Below are positions 1-7,826 of a stretch of DNA of 19,906 nucleotides, in pieces. The stretch is taken from NCBI GenBank assembly GCA_040756235.1, contig JBFLZG010000035.1:1-19906 (forward strand), read 5' to 3'. A model generated the notes under the pieces. That model searched no databases. It was not told the DNA's origin and was given only the letters and a program-made list of their open reading frames with translations. The stretch's first letter is position 1; each line of letters starts with the position of its first letter. The stretch comes from a bacterium. Its GTDB lineage: Bacteria > Desulfobacterota > DSWW01. The translations under genes and the position numbers were made by a program.

Positions 1-37
1 CATGAAGAAGCTCAGGATCCGCAGGCCGACCCCGTGA
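1..37 (+). CDS. 3' end of a sigma-54-dependent (NtrC/FhlA-like) transcriptional activator, partial; could also be a further duplicated copy of that tail
   Basis: Reads MKKLRIRRPTP-stop (TGA 35-37). The duplicated copy at 167-295 shows the preceding residues IRVLEQTDWIVHGPRGAARILGLNPSTLRSR, a typical Fis-type HTH tail of enhancer-binding proteins. Confidence 0.7.
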   Translation, partial: MKKLRIRRPTP

Positions 38-166
38 CAGGTTTCGAACAACGCATACCTCAATGTACCGGGAGGTTGCCACGGACCTTCGGTCCTCGCA
101 ATGTCCGATACTGCTTCCCGGGTCGCCGCTTCCCTGCCGACCAGACCGGTCCGCAAAGGATGCGTT

Positions 167-295
167 ATCCGGGTGCTGGAGCAGACCGATTGGATCGTGC
201 ACGGGCCGCGGGGAGCGGCGCGGATCCTCGGGCTCAACCCGTCCACCTTGCGCTCCCGCATGAAGAAGCTCAGGATCCGCAGGCCGACCCCGTGA
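167..295 (+). pseudogene. Duplicated HTH-coding fragment of the activator (in frame within the 64-aa ORF 101..295)
   Basis: Translates to IRVLEQTDWIVHGPRGAARILGLNPSTLRSRMKKLRIRRPTP. It is preceded by intergenic sequence rather than an AAA+ domain. Confidence 0.7.
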
Positions 296-453
296 CAGGT
301 TTCGAACAACGCATACCTCAATGTACCGGGAGGTTGCCACGGACCTTCGGTCCTCGCAATGTCCGATACTGCTTCCCGGGTCGCCACTTCCCTGCCGACC
401 AGACCGGTCCGCAAAGGATGCGTTCGCTTACTTGCGCCGACAAGGGACTGGGT

Positions 454-553
454 TCGGAGATTGCGAGGCTTTGCGAAGTCGGAGATTGCGAGGCTTTGCG
501 AAGTCGGAGATTGCGAGGCTTTGCGAAGTCGGAGATTGCGAGGCTTTGCGAAG
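454..553. repeat. Perfect tandem repeat, 4 x 25 bp (TCGGAGATTGCGAGGCTTTGCGAAG)
   Basis: Identical units at 454, 479, 504 and 529 with no spacers. Confidence 0.97.
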
Positions 554-600
554 CAACCTCCCTGCCCCCCGCTCGAAGCGCCGGTTGGTGTCCGTCGCGT

Positions 601-636
601 TTTCGTGATATTTCGCAGTCGTGAAATGTAGCGAAA
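601..636. promoter_or_regulatory. Imperfect 36-bp palindrome, candidate upstream activating sequence for the sigma-54 activator
   Basis: TTTCGTGATATTTCGC-AGTC-GTGAAATGTAGCGAAA, ending about 100 bp upstream of the -24 element, a typical enhancer distance. Confidence 0.55.
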
Positions 637-735
637 GAATGCCTCCTGCCGCGATGCCGCGGGGGACCGGCATCATTCCCGAATAACGTTTTTGTGACCG
701 CCACTTAGAGCAACTCCTTTCGAACCGGACCGCTG

Positions 736-751
736 CGGTACGGTGTTTGCT
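736..751 (+). promoter_or_regulatory. Sigma-54 (-24/-12) promoter
   Basis: CGGTACGGTGTTTGCT against consensus TGGCACG-N4-TTGCW, with exact GG-N10-GC spacing. It lies about 60 bp before the first ATG and next to an activator gene end. Confidence 0.75.
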
Positions 752-809
752 CTATACTGGCGTCGGCGCTCTCGGTCAGGCCCCCGGCAATCTCTCTCGG
801 AGCACGCCC

Positions 810-1607
810 ATGGAATACAAATCGGTCCTCTACGAGCAAGAGGAACAGATCGCACGGATCACGATCAACCGGCCCGGACAGCACAACGCATGCAACCGGG
901 AGACGATCCACGAGTTGCTGGATGCCTTCACCCGCGCCGGCATGGACGGGCAGGCGGGGGTCGTGGTGCTGACGGGTGCGGGTGACAAGGCGTTCTGCGC
1001 CGGCGGGGACCTGAGCTCATGGAGAGAGGAGCTCGCATCCCGGCGCGAACGGACTTCATGGAAACTGGAGGTGGGATGGCAGCATGTCACGCAGTTGATC
1101 CGGACGATTCCAAAGCCGGTGATCGCCAGGGTCAACGGCTACGCCATCGGAGGAGGGCACATCCTCCAGGTCGCGTGTGACCTGACCATTGCCGCCGAGC
1201 ATGCGCAGTTCGGCCAGGCGGGACCCCGCGTCGGCTCGTTCGATCCGGGTTACGGCACCGGGGACCTCATGCGCGCCGTCGGCATCAAGCGGGCCAAGGA
1301 GATCTGGTTTCTCTGCCGCAGGTACACGGCCCGGCAAGCGCTGCAGATGGGGCTGGTGAATGCGGTGGTCCCGTACGAGAGACTGGATGAGACCGTGGAT
1401 CAGTGGTGTCGTGAGCTCCTGGAGCGCAGCCCCACGGCTCTGAAGATGTTGAAGTACGCCTTTCTGGCAGAGACGGACGGAGCCACCGGCATCACGCACC
1501 TGGGAGTCGGGGCGCTGTCCCTTTTCTTCGAATCCGCAGAGGCGGCGGAAGGAATGCAGGCGTTCGAGGGGAAGAGAAAGCCGGACTTCTCCCGTTTTCG
1601 CCGCTAG
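810..1607 (+). CDS. Crotonase-family C-C hydrolase, BadI-like (2-ketocyclohexanecarboxyl-CoA hydrolase / MenB family)
   Basis: Motifs AFCAGGD, GYAIGGGH and FGQAGPRVGSFDPGYGT (DPG as in BadI rather than MenB DGG). ATG 810 follows a GGAG RBS. Confidence 0.85.
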   Translation: MEYKSVLYEQEEQIARITINRPGQHNACNRETIHELLDAFTRAGMDGQAGVVVLTGAGDKAFCAGGDLSSWREELASRRERTSWKLEVGWQHVTQLIRTIPKPVIARVNGYAIGGGHILQVACDLTIAAEHAQFGQAGPRVGSFDPGYGTGDLMRAVGIKRAKEIWFLCRRYTARQALQMGLVNAVVPYERLDETVDQWCRELLERSPTALKMLKYAFLAETDGATGITHLGVGALSLFFESAEAAEGMQAFEGKRKPDFSRFRR

Positions 1608-1662
1608 TCCGCGGCGGAAAGGCCCTTGCGAGAAGACTTCCGAGCAGGGAGAGGAGGCGGGC

Positions 1663-3033
1663 GTGAAGAGCACGGAAAGAAAGTACTTCAACATGGAGAT
1701 CGAGCCGCTGCTGAACACTCCGAAGATTCGCGAGATGCAACAGGAGAAGTTGCGGCACGCCGTGAAATTTCTCTACCGCACCTGTCCGTTCGATCGGAAG
1801 CGGATGGACGATGCCGGCATCCGACCCGAGGACGTCCGCACGTTTGACGATTTCTCGGCCATGCCGCTGGCCGGGCAAGCAGAGTACCGGCAGGTCTTCG
1901 AGGAGACAGGCAACGACCCGTTCGCAGCATGCGCCGTTCTCTTCGGTGAAGAAAGAATGAGCGACATCCACATGCTGACCACCACTTCGGGTACGACCGG
2001 AGTCCCTACGCCCTATCCCGTCTTCCATAAGAGCACGGAAGCCATGGGCGAGCTGTTCGGGAGGATGGGTTGGCGCATCGGCATTCGCCCCGGCGATCGC
2101 CTGGCCATCGGGTTCGGCCTGAGCATGCACGCGGCCGGTACGCCCCATCTTTACTGGTTCAAGAATTTACGCGGACTGACCCTGCTCCCGATCGGGGCTG
2201 AAGCCGGCACGGAACGGCTCCTGACGTTGCTCAAGTTCTTCAGGGCCAATGTCCTGAGCTGCACTCCTTCTCTGGCCCAGTACCTGATCGAGCGCAGCCC
2301 CGAGGTGCTGGGACATGAAGTGAAGGACCTCGGCATCAAGATCATCTTGTGCGGGGCGGAGCCCGGCGCCGGCATACCCGAGGTCCGCGAGCACCTCGAA
2401 GGCAGGTTCGGGGCCAGGGTGTTCGACGGGGGGGCGGGCTACGGGGTTTCCTGTCACCACCCGGTCTACCAGGGGATGCACTGGGTGGCGGACGACCACT
2501 GCTACTACGAGCTGGTCGATCCGGAGACGAGAAAGCCCGTTCCCCTGGAGCACGGGGCTACCGGCCTGGCCGTGTTCACCCCCCTCGAGCCGGAGGCCTC
2601 CATCTTCTTCGCCAATTTGAGATTCACGCTCAACGATATCCACCAGGTCTTCACCGAGCCGTGCCCCTGCGGCCTGAGCGGGTTTCGTTACAAGATCGTG
2701 GGGCGGGCGGACGACATGCTGAAGGTCAAAGGGGTCCCGGTCTACCCGGCGGCGATTCAAGGCGTGATCAAGGGGTTCCTGCCCCGGGTGACAGGGGCTT
2801 TTCGGATCGTCCTGAAGGTGCCGCCGCCGCGGGTCCTGCCCCCGCTCGAGCTCAGGGTGGAACGCGGCGAAGGAGTCCGGAAGGGCGACCTCCCCGGTTT
2901 GGAGAAAGAGATCGTGGAGAAGATGCATGCGCTGCTGAAGATCCGTCCGAAGATCACCTGGCTCGCACCCGATACGCTGGAGCGCTCGGCCAAAAAGACG
3001 CAATTCTTCGACAAAGAGTATGAGCAAGAGTGA
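1663..3033 (+). CDS. Phenylacetate-CoA ligase (PaaK) family acyl-CoA ligase
   Basis: P-loop TTSGTTGVP, GAEPG, CPCG and GRADDMLKVKGVPVYP. GTG start after GGAGG. Confidence 0.88.
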   Translation: MKSTERKYFNMEIEPLLNTPKIREMQQEKLRHAVKFLYRTCPFDRKRMDDAGIRPEDVRTFDDFSAMPLAGQAEYRQVFEETGNDPFAACAVLFGEERMSDIHMLTTTSGTTGVPTPYPVFHKSTEAMGELFGRMGWRIGIRPGDRLAIGFGLSMHAAGTPHLYWFKNLRGLTLLPIGAEAGTERLLTLLKFFRANVLSCTPSLAQYLIERSPEVLGHEVKDLGIKIILCGAEPGAGIPEVREHLEGRFGARVFDGGAGYGVSCHHPVYQGMHWVADDHCYYELVDPETRKPVPLEHGATGLAVFTPLEPEASIFFANLRFTLNDIHQVFTEPCPCGLSGFRYKIVGRADDMLKVKGVPVYPAAIQGVIKGFLPRVTGAFRIVLKVPPPRVLPPLELRVERGEGVRKGDLPGLEKEIVEKMHALLKIRPKITWLAPDTLERSAKKTQFFDKEYEQE

Positions 3034-3047
3034 CGGGAGGGGAACGG

Positions 3048-3833
3048 ATGGATTACGAGACCCTGATTTGCGCAAGAGAGGGAGCGATCGCGGTCGTCAC
3101 CCTGAACCGCCCGAAGCAGCTGAACGCCTTGAGCCTGCAGATGAAGGCAGAGCTGGGGGAGGTCTTCGACGCACTGGAGAAGGATCCCGAGGTCAAGGCG
3201 GTGATCCTCACCGGCGGCGACAAGGCGTTCTGTGCCGGGGCGGACATCAAGGAACGCTCGACCATGCAGATGACGCAGGCGGAGTTCTACTTCGAGCGGC
3301 GCAAGAGCCACGAGTTCTACTGCAAGATCGAGAACTGCGAAAAGCCGGTCCTGGCCGCGGTCAGCGGAGTCGCCGTCGGCGGCGGATGCGAGCTGGCCCT
3401 GGTGTGCGATCTGCGGATCGCATCGGAAAGCGCCCGTTTTGCCCTGCCGGAGGTCAAGATCGGGATGATCCCGGCCGCAGGGGGAACGCAAAGGCTGCCC
3501 CGTCTCATCGGCGCCGGCAGGGCGAAGGAGCTCCTGTACACCGGGGAAGCGGTCGACGCGCAGGAAGCGTACCGCATCGGGCTGGTGAACAAGGTCGTCC
3601 CGGCAGACCGCCTCATGGAGGAGACCCGGTCGCTGGCCGGGAAGCTGGCCGACTATCCGCCCCTGTCGGTCAAGTTCATGAAGCGGGCGGTGAACACGGG
3701 CATGCAGCTGGATCTGGCTTCGGCGCTCGACTACGAGGCCCACATCGCCGCCATGCTGGGCACGTCCGAGGACCGGATCGAGGGATTCAAGGCGTTCGTG
3801 GAGAAGCGAAAGCCCGTTTTCAAGGGGCGATGA
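3048..3833 (+). CDS. Enoyl-CoA hydratase (crotonase; BadK-like role inferred)
   Basis: AFCAGADIKE, GGGCELA and FALPEVKIG, so both catalytic Glu residues are present. ATG 3048 follows GGAGG. Confidence 0.92.
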   Translation: MDYETLICAREGAIAVVTLNRPKQLNALSLQMKAELGEVFDALEKDPEVKAVILTGGDKAFCAGADIKERSTMQMTQAEFYFERRKSHEFYCKIENCEKPVLAAVSGVAVGGGCELALVCDLRIASESARFALPEVKIGMIPAAGGTQRLPRLIGAGRAKELLYTGEAVDAQEAYRIGLVNKVVPADRLMEETRSLAGKLADYPPLSVKFMKRAVNTGMQLDLASALDYEAHIAAMLGTSEDRIEGFKAFVEKRKPVFKGR

Positions 3834-3878
3834 CCCTGAAGAAGGCAGCTCGAACAGGGAAGGACAAGGAGGACCGTC

Positions 3879-4688
3879 ATGGATCTGGAGCTCGCGGGAA
3901 AGGTGGCCCTGGTGACGGGTGCGGGGCAGGGCATCGGCAGGGGCATCGCGACCGTCCTGGCAGCAGAGGGAGCCAAGGTGGCGGTCAACGACTTTTACCA
4001 GGAGCGCGCTGACAAGGTCGCGCAGGAGATCGTGGAATCCGGCGGAGTCGCATGCGGGGTGCGGGCAGACGTGAGAGATCTCGATCAGGTCAGGGAGATG
4101 GTTGCGACCGTCAAGCGCACCCTCGGTCCCGTCGACATCCTGGTGAACAATGCGGGTGTGCCGATCATCCTGCGAACCGGCGAAGCGAAAAGAACGGTCT
4201 TCGTCGTGTCGGATCTTTCCTTCTGGAAGGAGCAGATCGATCTGAACCTGTACGGCTGCCTCAACTGTACGCACGCGGTGCTGGGCTCCATGATCGAAAG
4301 GAAGGAGGGAAAGATCATCAGCATCATCTCGGATGCGGGTCGCATCGGCGAGGCGAACATGGCGGTCTACTCAGGTGCGAAGGGCGGCGTCCTGGCGTTC
4401 AGCAAGGCCCTGGCGAAAGAGGTGGGCGAATACAGGATCAACGTGAATTGCATTGCCATGGGGGCCACGGCCCACGAAGGAATCCGCAACTTTCTGAATC
4501 CCGACGCAACGCCCGAGACCGATGAGATCCTCAAGAAGATGCTGCGGGCCTACCCGGTCGGCAAGGGGTTGGGGCGCATCGGCCGTCCCGCGGACGCCGG
4601 GTACGCGGCCGCGTTCCTGGCTTCCCCGAAGGCGTGCTTCATCACGGGGCAGTGCATCAGCGTCAACGGCGGGTTTACCATGGTCTAG
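3879..4688 (+). CDS. SDR family oxidoreductase, BadH-like 3-hydroxyacyl-CoA dehydrogenase
   Basis: TGAGQGIG, NNAG, SDAGRIG and catalytic YSGAK. Strong AGGAGG RBS. Confidence 0.88.
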   Translation: MDLELAGKVALVTGAGQGIGRGIATVLAAEGAKVAVNDFYQERADKVAQEIVESGGVACGVRADVRDLDQVREMVATVKRTLGPVDILVNNAGVPIILRTGEAKRTVFVVSDLSFWKEQIDLNLYGCLNCTHAVLGSMIERKEGKIISIISDAGRIGEANMAVYSGAKGGVLAFSKALAKEVGEYRINVNCIAMGATAHEGIRNFLNPDATPETDEILKKMLRAYPVGKGLGRIGRPADAGYAAAFLASPKACFITGQCISVNGGFTMV

Positions 4689-4736
4689 GCGCCGGCAGGG
4701 ATCGCCCAGGCTGGGCCTGACTCAGGAGAACGAGAG

Positions 4737-5897
4737 ATGGATTTCGACCTGACCGAAGAACAGAGGATGCTTCAGGAAACCGTGCGGCGGTACCTCAAAG
4801 AGAAGATCGCACCCGTTGCGGATGAATATGACCGCAAAGGCCCGATGACCAAACAGGAGGCCCATCGCTTTCTCAAGGACCTGAAGCCCTTCGGCTACGT
4901 GGGTACGCTCGTGCCGGAGAAGCACGGCGGACCCGGATTGGGTCACCTCGATTGGGCCGTGCTGCACGAAGAGCTCCGGGGCGTATACGCGGGACTGGGA
5001 GGGATCGTCGGCATCACCTCCTCGACCAGTCACGGGATCTCGGAATCCGGGAATGATGCACTGATTCGAAAAACCCTTCCGGGCCTCCTGGAGGGAGAAA
5101 AGATCGCCTGCACGGCCATCACGGAACCCAACGTGGGTTCGGACGTAGCGTCCGTCCAGACGAGGGCCGTGCCGGACGGGGGCGACTACGTGATCAACGG
5201 AACGAAGACATGGATATCGAACGGGACCATCGCCGATTACGTGGCGGTCCTGGCAACGGCGGACCCGTCCAAAGGAGCGGAAGGGATCGTTCAGCTCCTG
5301 GTCGAAAGGGAAGTGTCACCCTTCGAGTCGCGCGAGATCAAGAAAATGGGCGTCAGGTCCTTCCCCACGGCCGAGCTCGTGTTCGAAGATTGCCGTGTCC
5401 CCAGGGAAAACCTTCTCCTGTCGTCGGGAAAAGCCTTCAACCGCGCGCTACGGGGGCTCACGTTCGCCCGCTGCAACGCCGCCATTGCCGCGGTCGGCAT
5501 CGCCCAGGCCGCCATCGAAGCCGCGGTCCGATACGCGCGCGAGAGGACGCAGTTCGGCAGGCCGATCGCGAAGTTTCAACTCATCCAGGAGATGATCGCC
5601 GACATGGTCAGCGAAACCGAGGCGGCCAGGCTTCTGACCTACAAGGCGTTCTTCGTGCTCGACCAAGGGGGGACCGGCCGCAGAGAAGGTTCCATTGCCA
5701 AGGCATACGCCACGGAGGCTGCGGTCCGGGTGACTTCGAAGGCGGTGCAGATCCACGGGGCCTACGGGCTCTCGGAGGAGTACCCGGTGGAGCGCTACTT
5801 CAGGGACGCCCGCTGCTACACGATTCCGGACGGGACCACCGAGATCCAGAAGCTCATCGTCGGGCGCGAGGTGCTGGGGATGTCCGCATTTGTCTGA
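4737..5897 (+). CDS. Acyl-CoA dehydrogenase
   Basis: AITEPNVGSD, INGTKTWISNG, RTQFGRPI, QIHGAYG and TIPDGTTEIQK. Confidence 0.95.
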   Translation: MDFDLTEEQRMLQETVRRYLKEKIAPVADEYDRKGPMTKQEAHRFLKDLKPFGYVGTLVPEKHGGPGLGHLDWAVLHEELRGVYAGLGGIVGITSSTSHGISESGNDALIRKTLPGLLEGEKIACTAITEPNVGSDVASVQTRAVPDGGDYVINGTKTWISNGTIADYVAVLATADPSKGAEGIVQLLVEREVSPFESREIKKMGVRSFPTAELVFEDCRVPRENLLLSSGKAFNRALRGLTFARCNAAIAAVGIAQAAIEAAVRYARERTQFGRPIAKFQLIQEMIADMVSETEAARLLTYKAFFVLDQGGTGRREGSIAKAYATEAAVRVTSKAVQIHGAYGLSEEYPVERYFRDARCYTIPDGTTEIQKLIVGREVLGMSAFV

Positions 5898-6022
5898 CAG
5901 GCCGTTGAAAAAGGCCCATCTGCTGCGTTGCGCTCGTTTATCGTCACTGCGGCGTACCGAAGAGTACGCCTCGTTCCTCAAACTTCGCGCGCCTTGCATC
6001 TGGACCTTTTTGAACGGCCTGT
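5897..6022. mobile_element. MITE-like intergenic repeat, copy 1 (short form)
   Basis: Terminal inverted repeats ACAGGCCGTTGAAAAAGG / CCTTTTTGAACGGCCTGT (1 mismatch). Internal blocks are shared with the copies at 9090 and 10143. Confidence 0.75.
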
Positions 6023-6101
6023 ATCGGAGCCAGCTTGGAGGCTGGCTCCAAAGGAAGATCGATCGGTCGACAGGGATATCCACTTTTCGGGAGGCAGAGT
6101 C

Positions 6102-6533
6102 ATGGAGGGCGAAAAGAAGAGGATACCGGTTCGGGAAGGGCTGTGGGCTGAGTCCGCGTCCGGCGCAAGACCGCGGCTTATCGGCAGCCGCTGTCGATCT
6201 TGCGCGGAGCTGTTCTTCCCCAGGAAGGAGATCGGCTTGTGCGGTCACTGCCAGTCCGGCGAGCTCGAGGAAGTCGAGCTGAGCACGAGCGGAAAGATTT
6301 ACAGCTACACGATCGTGACGCAGAGGCCGCCCGTCTACTACAAGGGTGAGGTGCCGTACGCGCTCGGGTTCGTCGAGCTGCCCGAGGGGATACGCATCGA
6401 GACCCTTTTCACCGGATGGGATGCGGATGCGCTGCGCGTGGGAATGGACGCGGAGATGGTCATCGAAAAGCTGCACGAGGACGAGAACGGAAACGAGGTC
6501 ACGGCGTACAAGTTCCGCCCCGTGAAAACGTGA
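6102..6533 (+). CDS. Zn-ribbon / OB-fold (DUF35) protein, thiolase partner
   Basis: CRSC...CGHC zinc ribbon, GKIYSYT and PYALGFVELPEG. Immediately upstream of a thiolase. Confidence 0.9.
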   Translation: MEGEKKRIPVREGLWAESASGARPRLIGSRCRSCAELFFPRKEIGLCGHCQSGELEEVELSTSGKIYSYTIVTQRPPVYYKGEVPYALGFVELPEGIRIETLFTGWDADALRVGMDAEMVIEKLHEDENGNEVTAYKFRPVKT

Positions 6534-6574
6534 CGGAGCCTGTCCGGCAGCCTCTGGACAGCGGAGCCGAAACG

Positions 6575-7729
6575 ATGAGACATGCCAGGGAAGTCGTCAT
6601 TGCAGGCGTCGGGTTGACCCGGTTCGACAGTTACGACGGCCAGAAGGGAAGGGCGAAAAAGGAGTACTACGATCTCGGCAGCGAGGCGATCGCGAACGCC
6701 CTGAGCCATGCGGGGATGCAATGGAAGGAGATTCAGGCCGCGTTCTGCGGCAGCGTCTATTGCGGGACGGCTTCGGGGCACCAGACGATCGGCAGGATCG
6801 GAGCGACCGGCATTCCGATCGTGAACGTCGAGAACGCGTGCTCCAGCGGGACATCGGCCTTCCGACTGGCGGTTCAGATGATCGCGGCGGACATCTACGA
6901 CGTCGTCCTCGCCGCCGGGTTCGAGAGCATGCCCAGGGGTTTCATCATGAGCACGGCCTGGCCCGAATGGCAGAGAGCCATGGGCTTCAACGTTCAGCCG
7001 GCGGCTTATGCGATGCAGACGCTCAGGTACATGGAGGAAACCGGTGCGACGGTCGAGGACTTCAGCCGAGTGACGGTCAAGAACCGCAAGAACGGCGCGT
7101 TGAATCCGCACGCGCGTTTTCAGACGCCGGTCACTCTGGAAGAGGTGCTTGCGTCGCGCATCGTCGCCCAACCGCTGCGCCTGCTGCACGCCTGCCCGCT
7201 TGCCGACGGCGGGACGGCGGTCATTGTCTGCAGCAGGGACAAGCTCAAACACAAGGAAAAGGCTGTCACCGTGGCCGCGTCGGTGCTCACCAGCGGCACC
7301 TATGGTCACGAGTACGGGGGCGGAAGCGTGAAGGTCCGGACGCCGGACACCGTCGAGGTTTCGGCGCGCCAGGCCTGGGAGGCGTCGGGATGCGGCCCCG
7401 AGGACATGGATGTCGTGCAGGCCTACGACACCATGGCCCCGGGCGAGCTCTGGGACCTGGAGAAACTGGGTCTGTGCAAGGCAGGGGAGGCGCCCCATCT
7501 CCTGAGACAAGGGGTCTTCGACTTGAACGGCAAGTGCCCGGTGAACACGGACGGAGGGCTCCTGTCCAGGGGCCATCCGCTCGGCGCCACGTCCCTGGCC
7601 CAGGTCATCGAGATCTATGCCCAGCTCCGGGGTGAAGCCGGGCCGAGACAGGTGCCGGGCGCGCGAGTCGGTCTGGCCCACGCCATGGGGGCCGGGCCGA
7701 ACAGCAGCATCGTCATTCTGAAGAGGTAA
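6575..7729 (+). CDS. SCP2-type thiolase family protein
   Basis: NVENACSSG, CPLADGG and VNTDGGLLSRGHPLGAT. ATG 6575 follows GGAG. Confidence 0.92.
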   Translation: MRHAREVVIAGVGLTRFDSYDGQKGRAKKEYYDLGSEAIANALSHAGMQWKEIQAAFCGSVYCGTASGHQTIGRIGATGIPIVNVENACSSGTSAFRLAVQMIAADIYDVVLAAGFESMPRGFIMSTAWPEWQRAMGFNVQPAAYAMQTLRYMEETGATVEDFSRVTVKNRKNGALNPHARFQTPVTLEEVLASRIVAQPLRLLHACPLADGGTAVIVCSRDKLKHKEKAVTVAASVLTSGTYGHEYGGGSVKVRTPDTVEVSARQAWEASGCGPEDMDVVQAYDTMAPGELWDLEKLGLCKAGEAPHLLRQGVFDLNGKCPVNTDGGLLSRGHPLGATSLAQVIEIYAQLRGEAGPRQVPGARVGLAHAMGAGPNSSIVILKR

Positions 7730-7826
7730 GGAGGCCGGCCGGGCAGGCAGGCCGCGGGCCGTCTCGGAGCCGCCGTTTGGCCCTTGGTCCGTCGGAAAAC
7801 GCCCAACCAGAGAGGAGGGCTTGTCG

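Larger units (their letters stand above)
1..424. repeat. 258-bp-period tandem duplication
   Basis: 1-166 matches 259-424 with one mismatch (G128 vs A386). The visible full unit, 167-424, is the HTH-coding tail plus downstream intergenic DNA. Confidence 0.95.

Noticed and set aside
454..553. Possible CRISPR array
   Set aside because: The units are contiguous with no spacers, and there are no cas genes in the window.
681..696. Possible IHF site between enhancer and promoter
   Set aside because: The stretch is AT-rich but matches WATCAA-N4-TTR poorly.
34..704. ORFs 34..624, 321..608, 359..631, 318..704 and 428..676
   Set aside because: They read through the duplication and the 25-bp repeat, giving repetitive peptides with no recognisable motifs.
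810..1607. Calling this gene menB (menaquinone synthesis)
   Set aside because: No other men genes are present, the context is catabolic, and the DPG motif favours a BadI-like hydrolase.
6026..6049. Hairpin GGAGCCAGC/GCTGGCTCC as an intrinsic terminator
   Set aside because: No U-tract follows on the sense strand and it lies inside the operon.
5928..6574. Extended N-termini for the DUF35 (5928) and thiolase (6416) ORFs
   Set aside because: The extensions run through the MITE or the upstream gene. RBS-supported starts are at 6102 and 6575.
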